A stretch of 64,000 nt of DNA, from IMG/VR virus record IMGVR_UViG_3300030085_002462. One strand, written 5' to 3'. Below the pieces are notes generated by a model. It ran no database searches, was not told the DNA's origin, and saw nothing but the letters and a program-made list of their open reading frames with translations. Shown here piece by piece: positions 38,872 through 50,200 of the stretch (the stretch's first letter is position 1; the number at the start of each line of letters is the position of its first letter). The translations under genes were made by a program, and so were the position numbers. The DNA comes from a virus.

Positions 38872-40788
38872 ATGGCAAAGGAAAATCTAAATATCGGTTC
38901 TGCCGCCAACGATGGCACTGGCGATACTCTGCGAGATGGCGCTATTAAACTTAATAACGTCATTAATGAGGTCTACAATGCACTTGGCGATGGCACAAAT
39001 GTGCAAATCGACATCGCTACTCCAGCAGCTGGTCAAGTTTTGCGCTGGAATGGTAGCACTGCATTTGTTGGCAGTCACTACGACGCATTGAGTAGTAACC
39101 TCGATGTAGCAGGAAACCAAATTACTTCGTCATCTGACGGTAATATTGTTGTTAAACCACATGGCACTGGCGATATTCACCTTTGGGCTGGATCTTCTGG
39201 AAGTCCTTTAACATATATTGATGGCGCTGATGGAAAGCTGAAATGGTCTGCAGTGTATCAAAACCTAGCAGATCTACCTGATGCTACGACACACCACGGT
39301 ATGTTTGCTCATGTCCATAGCACAGAACATGGATATTTTGCACATTCTCCATCTGGAGAAACTGTTAACGTTGCAGTTACAGTTGGTGTAGATACTGTAG
39401 GTGGACAAGCAACTGGTGTTTTCTATCTCGATGGCACAGAAAAACCAGCTAACTTCCCATTGGTAAGAGGAAATACATACGTCTTCGATCAGTCTGACGC
39501 CTCAAACGAAAATTATAATAGTATGACTCACCCCTTGATGTTTAGCACAGGGGCTGATGGCGACCATAATGGTAATGGTCATTACATGTCTGGTGTGCAA
39601 TACAAGTTGGATGGATCCAACGTCACCATGGCAGGGTATACTACTGGATTTGCTGCAGCTACAACTAGGACAGTTGAATGGACTATTCCTTCTGATGCTC
39701 CTGCTGCTCTTTATTACTGGTGTCATCACCATACAGGACAAGGTAACAGTTTTGCCGTTAGTGATCCTGTTAGATGGAGACAACTTCTCGATGTCTTCTC
39801 ATCTATCGGTGAGTTGAAAGATGTTGACATGGCTGCCAATGGTGGTCCTAGTGATGGTCAAGTCCTTAAGTGGGTTGCATCTGCCAATGCTTTCCAAGCA
39901 GCGAATGACGATTCATCAACTGGTGGCGGTGGCGGCACAACACAGAATCTTTTTGAAACTGTTAATGCTGACACAGGCACTACAACTGCTTCTGCTGCAA
40001 ATGACACCCTTATCATTGCTGGTGGGTCAAGTATCTCTACTTCAATTAGTGGTGACACTGTAACTATTGCTTACACTGGAGCAGCTGGCGCACCTGATCA
40101 AAATATATTTGAAACTTTTAATGCAGATTCTGGCACCAGATCTGCATCCGCTACGGATGATTCTTTTACATTCACTGGCGGCACAGGTATTACGACATCG
40201 ATCAGTGGTGCTGCTATAACAATCACTAACGACGCACCTAACGTTGTCCAAAATCTTTTTGAGACACTTTCTGGTGATAGTGGATCTGTTACAGCTTCTA
40301 CATCAACTGGTGAGCTGTCGGTTGTTGGTGGCACTAACATCCAAACAGTAGTGTCTGGCACTGGTGCAAATACGGTCCTTACTATTAATAACTCTGCTGC
40401 TGCACTTCCTACAGCATCTGATGGTCAAAGTTTGATCCACAATGGAAGTGGATATGAAGGAGTTGCATCTCCTACAATCTCTTTCCAAATCACTGCTAAT
40501 GGATCTTCTGCATACAGATTTGCAGGTGGTGGCGTTGATTCAAACACAGACGATCCTACAATCTACGTTTATCGTGGTTTTACATATCGTTTTGATAATA
40601 CAGTTGGTGGTCCTCACCCATTTGCTCTGAGAATAACAAGTGGTGGATCTGCTGTTACTGAAGGCGTGAGTGGATCTCAGAATGGTGTCCAATATTGGAC
40701 AGTGCCTATGGATCTTGCTCCTGGCACAACATATGTGTATCAATGCACTCAACATCCATTGATGGTCGGTAATCTTACAGTTGTCTAA
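38872..40788 (+). CDS. Baseplate-attached fibre protein with a gp9/gp10-type N-terminus and two cupredoxin-like domains
   Basis: MAKENLNIGSAANDGTGDTLRDGAIKLN; LYYWCHHHTGQG and YVYQCTQHPLMVG; three QNLFET..AD.G repeats. Confidence 0.8.
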   Translation: MAKENLNIGSAANDGTGDTLRDGAIKLNNVINEVYNALGDGTNVQIDIATPAAGQVLRWNGSTAFVGSHYDALSSNLDVAGNQITSSSDGNIVVKPHGTGDIHLWAGSSGSPLTYIDGADGKLKWSAVYQNLADLPDATTHHGMFAHVHSTEHGYFAHSPSGETVNVAVTVGVDTVGGQATGVFYLDGTEKPANFPLVRGNTYVFDQSDASNENYNSMTHPLMFSTGADGDHNGNGHYMSGVQYKLDGSNVTMAGYTTGFAAATTRTVEWTIPSDAPAALYYWCHHHTGQGNSFAVSDPVRWRQLLDVFSSIGELKDVDMAANGGPSDGQVLKWVASANAFQAANDDSSTGGGGGTTQNLFETVNADTGTTTASAANDTLIIAGGSSISTSISGDTVTIAYTGAAGAPDQNIFETFNADSGTRSASATDDSFTFTGGTGITTSISGAAITITNDAPNVVQNLFETLSGDSGSVTASTSTGELSVVGGTNIQTVVSGTGANTVLTINNSAAALPTASDGQSLIHNGSGYEGVASPTISFQITANGSSAYRFAGGGVDSNTDDPTIYVYRGFTYRFDNTVGGPHPFALRITSGGSAVTEGVSGSQNGVQYWTVPMDLAPGTTYVYQCTQHPLMVGNLTVV

Positions 40789-40790
40789 TA

Positions 40791-42662
40791 ATGCCAAGAG
40801 TAGTTCCTGGTTCTGGTGCATCGATCGAGCCCATATTCAATAGCATATATGGGGTCAGAGATGTCTATGTCACAAACGGTGGATCTGGGTATGACCCCAA
40901 CGATCCTCCTAGACTTCGTATTACTAATTGTGGCACACCTATCCGTGAGGCTGTCCTTAGAGCAGTTATCGAAGGAGATCTAGGTGAGATTACTGCTGTT
41001 GAAGTTTTAGATCCTGGTGAGGGTTACGATCCCCTCAGAATGGTGATTGATAGTGAAGATGATGGTTATGGTGCTGACGCAAAAGTATTTCTGAATGCTT
41101 CAGGTGGTATTGACTACATTCAGGTTACAAAAAATGGCGATCAATACTTTGATACTACTACTGCTGAAATTAAAGGTGGTGGTGGATCTGGATCAGAATT
41201 GGTCCCTATTACAGGTTTGTTAACTGGTCTCTCTATTGAGCAGTTTGGACAAAATTATACTAATGATGATATCAACCTTGTTATCAGTGGTGGCGGTGGA
41301 CAAAACGCTACTGGTGTTGCAAACGTAAATGAGTTTGGTGAAGTTGATCAGATTCTTATTACGAATCAAGGTGAGTTTTTTGAGACACCTCCTCTCATTC
41401 AAATTATCGGTGGTGGCGGTAATGGTGCTACTGCTGAAGCAAATATTAATCTAGGTGTTATTGATGATATTAGTCTGCTACAAAAAGGTGGTGGATATGT
41501 CAATGATCCTCAGGTTATTTTTACAAGAGATACTAACCTAATCAGGACTGCAAGAAATAGACAGTCTTTGAATAGTGTGATGTATAACTTGACTGGTCTT
41601 CTAAAAGATGTTACTCCTTCTGAGCAGACCGTATATGTGCAGTCAACAGCTCCATATCCAGGATCTGGAAAACTTTTGATTGGTAGAGAAGTTGTTAGAT
41701 ATACTGGTAAAACTGCAAACTCTTTTACTGGTATTGATAGAGCAACAAATTTCCGTTTTGATCAGAAGGTTATTCTAGATAATCTACAGGATGATCCTGT
41801 TACAGGTCAGACTTCATATCAATTTAGAGTTACTGACCGCGTAAAAAGAGTCGTTGAAAACTCTAACAACAGAATTGCTATCGTTTATGACTGGGTGCCT
41901 GAAGAGCGTGCCCTATATCTTGTGTTTGAGATTGACGAGCTGGCATTTATTGATGCTGGTAGATCTAATGAAAAGTCTCAAGCAATTAGATTTATTTGCG
42001 GTAGTGCATCTTCATCTGGCACAGGTGTTGAGCCACATGTTTTGATTGAAGCAGAAGGTCAAAATATTGTTGCATTTACAAATCCACTCAGCTTGATTCT
42101 TAATAGAAAGTTTGAGGATGATGATGAGGAATACACTGATGAGTTTGGAAACCCAGCCTTTGGTGATGGAATTCCTGATTTGGTGAATGCAAATACAGAT
42201 TATGCTAACGATACTTCTTTGGACGGTGGTATTGCCTCGTCTAAATATGGTATTGAGGAGACACTTGGTGGACAGAATACTACTCTGCTCCAAACAGGTG
42301 ATCAAATCTATGATGGTAATGCACAACCTTTGGTTGCTGCCATCAGTGATGCTGGACAACTTGGAGATGGTGACGCTCATGTTTCTACAGCAAGTGTCAT
42401 TGTCGAATTCTCTGGAGCATCAAGATATTCTGCATCAGAATCGCTGAGTGGAGCAACTACAGGTGTTACAGCAACATTTGTTTCTGTTGCGGAAAACACA
42501 CCTAAAACAAATCAGCAAACTGTCCAAATAAAAACAATCGTCAATAATGGTGCAACTTACCTATTCCAAGTGGGTGAAACACTTAATGGCGTAACAAGTG
42601 GCGTCACTGCCACTATCAAAGCTATTGAATATAACAGCTTCGTAAGAAACGAGGACGATTAA
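40791..42662 (+). CDS. Virion structural (baseplate-associated) protein with GxGY repeats
   Basis: V.V.NGGSGY / GGGG..A.A repeats like those in gp7; lies between the fibre gene and gp8. Confidence 0.75.
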   Translation: MPRVVPGSGASIEPIFNSIYGVRDVYVTNGGSGYDPNDPPRLRITNCGTPIREAVLRAVIEGDLGEITAVEVLDPGEGYDPLRMVIDSEDDGYGADAKVFLNASGGIDYIQVTKNGDQYFDTTTAEIKGGGGSGSELVPITGLLTGLSIEQFGQNYTNDDINLVISGGGGQNATGVANVNEFGEVDQILITNQGEFFETPPLIQIIGGGGNGATAEANINLGVIDDISLLQKGGGYVNDPQVIFTRDTNLIRTARNRQSLNSVMYNLTGLLKDVTPSEQTVYVQSTAPYPGSGKLLIGREVVRYTGKTANSFTGIDRATNFRFDQKVILDNLQDDPVTGQTSYQFRVTDRVKRVVENSNNRIAIVYDWVPEERALYLVFEIDELAFIDAGRSNEKSQAIRFICGSASSSGTGVEPHVLIEAEGQNIVAFTNPLSLILNRKFEDDDEEYTDEFGNPAFGDGIPDLVNANTDYANDTSLDGGIASSKYGIEETLGGQNTTLLQTGDQIYDGNAQPLVAAISDAGQLGDGDAHVSTASVIVEFSGASRYSASESLSGATTGVTATFVSVAENTPKTNQQTVQIKTIVNNGATYLFQVGETLNGVTSGVTATIKAIEYNSFVRNEDD

Positions 42663-42666
42663 GTCC

Positions 42667-42674
42667 CATAAATA
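42667..42674 (+). promoter_or_regulatory. Late promoter
   Basis: Intergenic CATAAATA upstream of gp8. Confidence 0.7.
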
Positions 42675-42695
42675 AAAAGAAGGTATCGGTAGAAA

Positions 42696-44231
42696 ATGGC
42701 ACTACTTACTGACCAATTTAGAATTTTCACGGCACAGAGATTCAAAAAATCTCTGGAAGGTCCTGACCCAACTCAGTCGGACCTAGATGCTGGTGCAAAT
42801 CGTGATCGACTGTATGTTTTCATTGGTCGTCCCCAACCGTGGGATAACGAAAACGCAGCACCTGATCCTGTGGATTCTTTCCAAGAATTCTCGGATGACT
42901 ATTCTGACATGATCTCTCTTAAGAGAGTCCTTGCTAACGATACCATTCAAGTGGTCCGTCGTATTGACTGGATTCCCCCAGAGCAAACCACTGGTGGTCT
43001 GGGTTATGTTTATGACATGTATCGCCATGATTACTCCGCCACAAAGACGGCATCGTCGGGTGCGACGAAGCTTTATGATGCAGACTTTTATGTCGTTAAC
43101 TCGTCCTATCAGGTCTATAAGTGCATCTACAACGGGACCAGTCCTAGTGATCCTAACGGTAAACCTTCTACTGTTGAGCCTACTGGTACTTCCACATCCA
43201 TTATTACAACTGCCGATGGTTATCGTTGGAAGTATTTGTATACGATCCCTGTTGGTCAGGTTTTGAAATTCTTCTCGAATGAATATATGCCTGTGTTGAC
43301 AGATACCGCTGTTATCTCAGACGCTATCGGTGGTGAAATCGACACAGTTGTTATCGCAGCATCAGGAAACGGTTATAACAATGGCACATATGAAAATGTC
43401 CCCATTAAAGGTGATGGCACTGGCGGGCGTGTTTCGCTTGTTGTTGATGGTGGGCGCATTGTGTCTGCCACTGTTACGTCAGGTGGATCGGGATACACCT
43501 TCGGTAAAGTCATCATCGATGAAGTCAACGGTATCGGTGCAGGTGCAGGATCAGGCGGTAGCGTCGAAGTAGTTATCCCTCCTGTTACTGGTCACGGTGC
43601 AGATCCCAAAGTTGAATTGGGTGGATATCGTATCATGATCAACACCAAATTCACCTACGCTGAAGGTAGTGGTGACTTCCCAACTGATAACGATTACCGT
43701 CGTATTGGACTCGTTATCAACCCATACAAGAATGGCACACAAGAGTTGACATCGGATCTAACTCTTTCTGCTACAAAAGCTGTTATCTTCTCTCCTACAT
43801 TTACGGGCAACTTCCAAACTGATGAGATTATCACACAATCTCGTACCATTGGTGGTCAGCAAGTTACTGCTCGTGGACGTGTTATTTCTTGGAATAACAC
43901 AACGAAGGTCCTTAAGTATTACCAAAATAGAATTGACGGGGTATTCCCTGAAATTACAGGTAACCTGATTGACTTTGAAGGTGGTAACCCTGTGGTTGGT
44001 AGCACCTCTGGTGCATCCGCCGACCCCGATATCAACTTCCCAATTATTTCTGGTGAGTCTACCAGAATTATTAACAACACTGAATATGACCTTGGTATGT
44101 CATTTACCAATGGATATGCGAGACCTGAGATCGAGCCAGATTCGGGTAGCGTAATCTACATAGATAATAGAGGCGCGATCACTCGTGCTGGTGACCAAAT
44201 CGAGGATATCAAAATCGTAATCGAGTTCTAA
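42696..44231 (+). CDS. gp8: Baseplate wedge subunit gp8
   Basis: LYVFIGRPQPW..E..P.P; YDMYRHDY; FYVVNSSYQVYKCIYN; DGYRWKYLYTIP; EDIKIVIEF C-terminus. Confidence 0.95.
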   Translation: MALLTDQFRIFTAQRFKKSLEGPDPTQSDLDAGANRDRLYVFIGRPQPWDNENAAPDPVDSFQEFSDDYSDMISLKRVLANDTIQVVRRIDWIPPEQTTGGLGYVYDMYRHDYSATKTASSGATKLYDADFYVVNSSYQVYKCIYNGTSPSDPNGKPSTVEPTGTSTSIITTADGYRWKYLYTIPVGQVLKFFSNEYMPVLTDTAVISDAIGGEIDTVVIAASGNGYNNGTYENVPIKGDGTGGRVSLVVDGGRIVSATVTSGGSGYTFGKVIIDEVNGIGAGAGSGGSVEVVIPPVTGHGADPKVELGGYRIMINTKFTYAEGSGDFPTDNDYRRIGLVINPYKNGTQELTSDLTLSATKAVIFSPTFTGNFQTDEIITQSRTIGGQQVTARGRVISWNNTTKVLKYYQNRIDGVFPEITGNLIDFEGGNPVVGSTSGASADPDINFPIISGESTRIINNTEYDLGMSFTNGYARPEIEPDSGSVIYIDNRGAITRAGDQIEDIKIVIEF

Positions 44232-44232
44232 G

Positions 44233-47200
44233 ATGCCCCAGAATACTAATCTAAATATTGCTCCTTATTTTGACGACTTCGATAAGGACAAAAACTTTTA
44301 TAGAGTCCTCTTTCGACCAGGATACCCCATTCAGGCGAGAGAGCTTACAACGATGCAATCGATTCTACAGAATCAGGTTGAAAGCATCGGCACGCACTTC
44401 TTCAAAGAAGGTGCGATGGTCATTCCTGGTCAAATTGGTTATGACCTTAATGTGCAGGCAGTTATTCTGCAGCAATCTTTCCTTGGTGTAGACGTAGAGA
44501 CATATAGGACACAACTTAACGGTCAGATTATTGAGGGCATCACAACTGGCGTTAAGGCAAAGGTCCTTTATTCTATTCCTTCTACAGAATCAGAGCGTGG
44601 TTATATTACACTGTATGTAAAATATATTGACTCTGGTGACACAACTTCTAGTGAATCTCTTAAAGGATTCCAACCCAACGAGCAGTTGCTTGCCGAGAAT
44701 GAAATTACTTTTGGCACAACTCTGATTGAAATTGGGTCTCCATTTGCACAGTTGCTTCCTGTTGATGCAACTGCTGTAGCATCTTCTGCTTATATCAATG
44801 CGGGTGTTTATTTTATTAGAGGTCATTTTGTTGATGTACCTTCCTCTTATTTGATTCTTGAGCAGTATTCAAACAACCCTTCCTATAGAGTTGGTCTTGA
44901 AGTTTCAGAATCCATTATTACTCCTGAAGATGATCCTTCTCTTAATGATAATGCCGCTGGCACTTCTAATTATTCTGCGCCAGGCGGACATCGTTTCAGA
45001 ATTCGTACCTCTCTCGTCAAGAAAGCAATTAACGATGAGACAGATAAGAATTTTATCGAGCTACTCAGAATTAATAACTCCAAACTAGAGCAGTTTGTTA
45101 ATAATACTGAATACTCTGAGCTGGAGAGATCTCTGGCACGCCGCACATATGAAGAAAGTGGCGACTATGTTATTGATACCTTTGACATCAAGATGCGTGA
45201 GCACCTTGACGATGGTTTTAACAATGGTGTTTATAGAGCAGGTGCACAATCCAGAGAAGGCAATGCTGCCTCTGAGGATATGCTTGCCATTGAGGTTTCA
45301 CCAGGTAGAGCATATGTTAAAGGTTACAGGACTGAATTCCTTGTGCCTCAGTATGTTGATGCTCCTAAACCTAGAGATTTCAACTCCGAAGAAAACGCTA
45401 TTGTATCTTTTAACCTAGGTCAGTTTGTTAAGGTCTACGATGTATATGGATGGCCTGATCTAACTGGTGAAGGTGTTACTGATGCATATCAAGTCCTTGA
45501 GATGAGAGACGACTGGGCTCTCAATCCAGGCTCCAGTGTAACTGGTAGACAGATTGGTCGTTGTCGCACCATTCAGATCCAAGAAGATCAGACTGGCATC
45601 TATGACCTTTATATGTTTGATATTCAAATGTATACTGCCGTTAACTTGGCAGCTGGTAACCAATCTGTGCAGGTTGGTGATGTTATTGTCGGCAGGACTT
45701 CTAATGCTAGAGGTTTTGTTGCTGATGCTGGATCTGGTAACTATTTCTCCCTTGAGCAAGTCTCTGGTAGATTTGTTAACGGTGAGGTGATGGAGAGAGA
45801 TGGTCGTGTTATCGGCACACTGGAAGCAGCATGGACATTTGAGCCTACTGATACAAGATCTTGTGTTGGTAGAAACAGTAGCAACCAAGTTATCTTTGGT
45901 TGTAACTGGTTGTTGAATGATCAAAGAGAAATCGAAGCAACTACTGTTACTCTTGATCAGTCTGCATTTACTTTGACTGGTTTTAGGACTAAGTTTGAAA
46001 ACGATCTTAGACCAGGTGAAGTTGTAACTGTATCTGGCACAAGTGCAGAAGGTGAGACATCTTTCCGTATTGAGAGAGTTGACCCACAATATATTAAGAC
46101 ACAATCTGGTAACTCTCACACAGGCGCTTCCTATAATGTGTTTGATTATGCTACTCAAGTAGCGAGAGTTGATCCTACTCTCAATAAAGGATCTATTTCC
46201 AATGGAGAATATTCTGTATTGGCACGTCTTCGTCCATACATTTTCCAAAAAGATTATCAGAATGGTGAGCTGACGATTGATACTCCTAAGACTTCAATGA
46301 AGTCTATCAGTGATGAATCATTCTTTGTCTATCGCACATTCACAAACAAAACTGTTGTGTCTGGTGGTGTTACTGTTACTCTGCCTGAATCTGAGCAGTT
46401 TGCATCTCTTGACGGTGAAAACTATGTCTTGACTATTCTGTCCCAATCTGGATCTGCATATACAGTTGGACAAAACCTTGACATTGATGCTCTAAATGAT
46501 GGTGGACAGTTGACTGTTACCTTCGGTGCATCTAGACAGTCCATCACGATTGACGGTTTGACAAATGTCCAGACTGTTAAATTGACTGCACTGGTTTCTA
46601 AGAATATCGTTTCTAAGAAAATTAAGACTGCTGCAAAGATGCGTGCCATGAAAGTGGTCCGCACACAAAATAATAATGACCAGCAAAAATTCGGTCTTGC
46701 TTACGGTAACTTGTATGGCACCCGTATTGAAGATAGAGAAATTTCTTTTGCTCTAAATGACGTTTATAAGATTCATGCAATCTATGAATCTGAAGACGAC
46801 CAAGATGCAGAAGCACCTTTCCTGACACTGCAAGAAGCAACCTTCTTTGATTCTGGTAGTGTTGTTATTGGTAGGACATCTGGTGCTCGTGGTCGTGTTA
46901 TTCAATTTATTAACGCAACTCTAAAACTACACATCGTCGCATTGAATGAAATTCCATTCTTGCCTGGCGAAACTATTGATGGTGTAGATGATGATAGTCA
47001 ACCTCTCTCAGCAATCATTGATGATGCTGAAGGATCTATCGGTAGAGGTAGTAAAGTTATCACAACACAGTATGAGTTGGATCCTGGTCAAAAAGCACAT
47101 TTCTATGATGTTTGTAAGATCACTAGAATTCCAGGATTTACAGCACCTACAAGAAAACTACTTGTTATCTTTGACTACTTCATTCATGAATCTTCAGGTG

Positions 47201-50200
47201 ACTATTTTGCTGCACAATCTTATACAGGTATTCCTTTCAAAGAGATTCCAAATTACAAACTTGATGGATCTATTAACTTCCTGAGAGACCAGTTGGACTT
47301 CCGTCCTGCTGTTGGTGAATTGGCATCTGGTAACGGCACTATTGGTGCACCATACTTTGTTAACTGTGCATCTCTTGACTTTGCTGCACGCACATTTAAC
47401 ACTTCTGGTGGCACGGGCGGCGCAACAATCTTCGACATCATGAAGGTTGATACGGAATTTAGAATGGATTATTCCTACTATCTTCCTAGAATCGACAAAC
47501 TGTTTATTACCCATGACAACAAACTGCAAGTTGTAAAGGGTGTCTCTGGTGAGGATCTTCTCCCACCTGAGGGCATTGAAAATGCTATGTTGTTGGCAGT
47601 GCTTGAGCACAAACCATACAACTACGATGTGGAGCGAGATACTCTGATCTTCCCTGAGATCATTCGTCGCTACACTATGAAAGATATTGGTGATCTTGAG
47701 ACTCGTCTTACTCATGTTGAGTATTATACATCTCTGTCACTGTTGGAAGTCCAAGCAGATAACGCTAAGTCATATGACGACAATGGTTTCGACCGTCTGA
47801 AGAATGGTTATGTGGTTGATGACTTTACCGACCACACTATTGGCGACGTGCTTAACGTTGACTATAAGTGCTCCATGGACTTCAAAGAAGGTCTGTTGAG
47901 ACCTGCTCACTATACTACTAATGTCCCTCTTGAGTTTAATGCTTCAGCATCTAACAATGTTGTAAGGACTGAAAGTAATATGATCTTCCTGCCTTGGCAG
48001 GATGTTGAGATTGTTAAGCAACCTTATGCATCTAGGACTGAGAATGTTAACCCATTTAACGTGTTTACATTCATTGGTCGTGTTGACCTAACTCCAGCAT
48101 CTGACGATTGGATTGATATTGAGCGTCTTCCTGCTCGTGTTGAAAACGTCGAGGGTGATTTCTCTGCTGTTGCTAGAGACCTTCAGATTGACCAGAATGG
48201 TTTTGCTCCTATCCAATGGGGATCTTGGCAAACCAACTGGACTGGTGAGTCACTTCAATCATCTTCTTCCTTCCAGTCTAGATCAGGTACATATGGTATT
48301 GGTCGTCAGTTAGGTCGTGCTGGTCACGGTCAGCGTCGTCAGGGTCTTTTCTACCTGCACGAAAGACGCACATATCGTGTTGTTAACAACCAAGCAAGAC
48401 AAGGTATCAGGACTCGTGTTGTGCCCAAGATTGACAGAAAGTCTCTTGGTGACACTATCCTGTCTCAAACAGCAATTCCTTGGATTAGATCTCGTAACAT
48501 TGGTTTCAACGTTGATCGTTTGAAGCCTCGCACCAGAATGTATGCATTCTTTGATGGTGTTGATGTTACCAACTATATTACTCCTAAGGTTATTGAGCTG
48601 ATCAAAAACTCTTCTGAAGACACTCGCACAAACGAAACACCTTTCGTTGTTGGCGAAACTGTCATTGGTGAATCTTCCAAGTGTCAACTTCAGGTCGTCG
48701 CTGCAAATGACGGTTATAAGACTGACCCTTATGGTGTTGGTGAGGCAACTCTTCCCGAGTCATATGCATCTCAAACACCAGTACTTAATATTGACTTGAA
48801 GGCACTTGCTGAAACTGTCAATCCTAACTTCTTCGGTAATGCACAAACAGGTGAAGTGTTGGTGGGTCAAACCTCTGGTGCTCGCGCTGTTGTGAAAGAT
48901 CGCCGTCTGCTCTCTGATAACATCGGTAACCTGCAGGGCACATTCTTCATTCCTTCTCCTAAGAATGATGCAAACCCACGTTGGGCAACTGGCACAAGGA
49001 CATTTAGATTCACAACATCTAATACTAATAGTAGATCACCTGGCGAAGTTGATTCTTCTGCAGATACTGAATATAAAGCAACAGGTACTTTACAGACTGT
49101 TAGAGAAAATATTCTTGCAATCAGAAACGCTCAAATCGTTAGAGATACTGTTACTGATGAAAGACAAGTTATTACAACTAGGACTGAGACACGTCAGGTT
49201 GGTTGGTATGACCCTCTTGCACAATCCTTCATCGTTGATGAAGAAGGTGGTATCTTCCTGACAGGTGTTGATATCTTCTTTAACACTAAAGATAGCAACA
49301 TTCCTATCTCTATGCAGATCAGGACTATGGAGAATGGTTATCCTACTAAGGATATTCTTCCTTTCTCTGACGTGACAATCGATCCTTCTCAGGTTGAATT
49401 GTCTGATAACGCTGCAATCCCAACACGATTTACATTCCAATCTCCTGTTTATATTAAGCAGTCGATTGAATATTGCTTCGTGCTTCTGTCTGACTCCAAC
49501 GAATATAAAGTTTGGATCTCCAGAATGGGTGACGTTGAAGTCAGCGGGACAAGGACCATCTCTGACCAACCATATGCTGGTGTGCTCTTTAAGTCACAAA
49601 ACGCATCTACATGGACTGCTGACCAGTATGAGGATTTGAAGTTTACCATCTATCGTGCTGATTTCACAGCAAGTATTGGTAACGCTGTATTTAATAACGC
49701 TGAGTTGGGTCTTGGTAACGGTGGTGTCCATAACTTGATTGAGAATCCAATTCAAACTCTCAAACCAAAGCAACAACTGTTGCTCCCTACAGGCACAAAT
49801 AATAATTTCACTATTGGTGCTCGTATCATTCAGACACCTTCTAACGCAGAAGGCACCATTGTTGAGTTTGACTCAACATCTGATCCTGAAGTGATTACGA
49901 TTTCCGATATTGTTGGATCTTGGCAGGCAGGTTTCTTGGATGCAAATGGTAATCCATTCCAAGGTATTAAATCCTCTCAGTCAACAGCAACCATTGTGTT
50001 GTCCGCTATCTTTAACGGTGTCTTTGAAGTTAATAATACTATCACAGGATCTACATCCAACGCTACCGCTAAAGTAACCAACTATGATGCAGGCACACAA
50101 ACTTTGAGTGTCAACTTCGTTGATGGTGCATTCGACTTGGCAGATACACTATCTGAGCCAGGCGGCACATCTGCAACTATTACTAGCGTTTCTTATGCTG

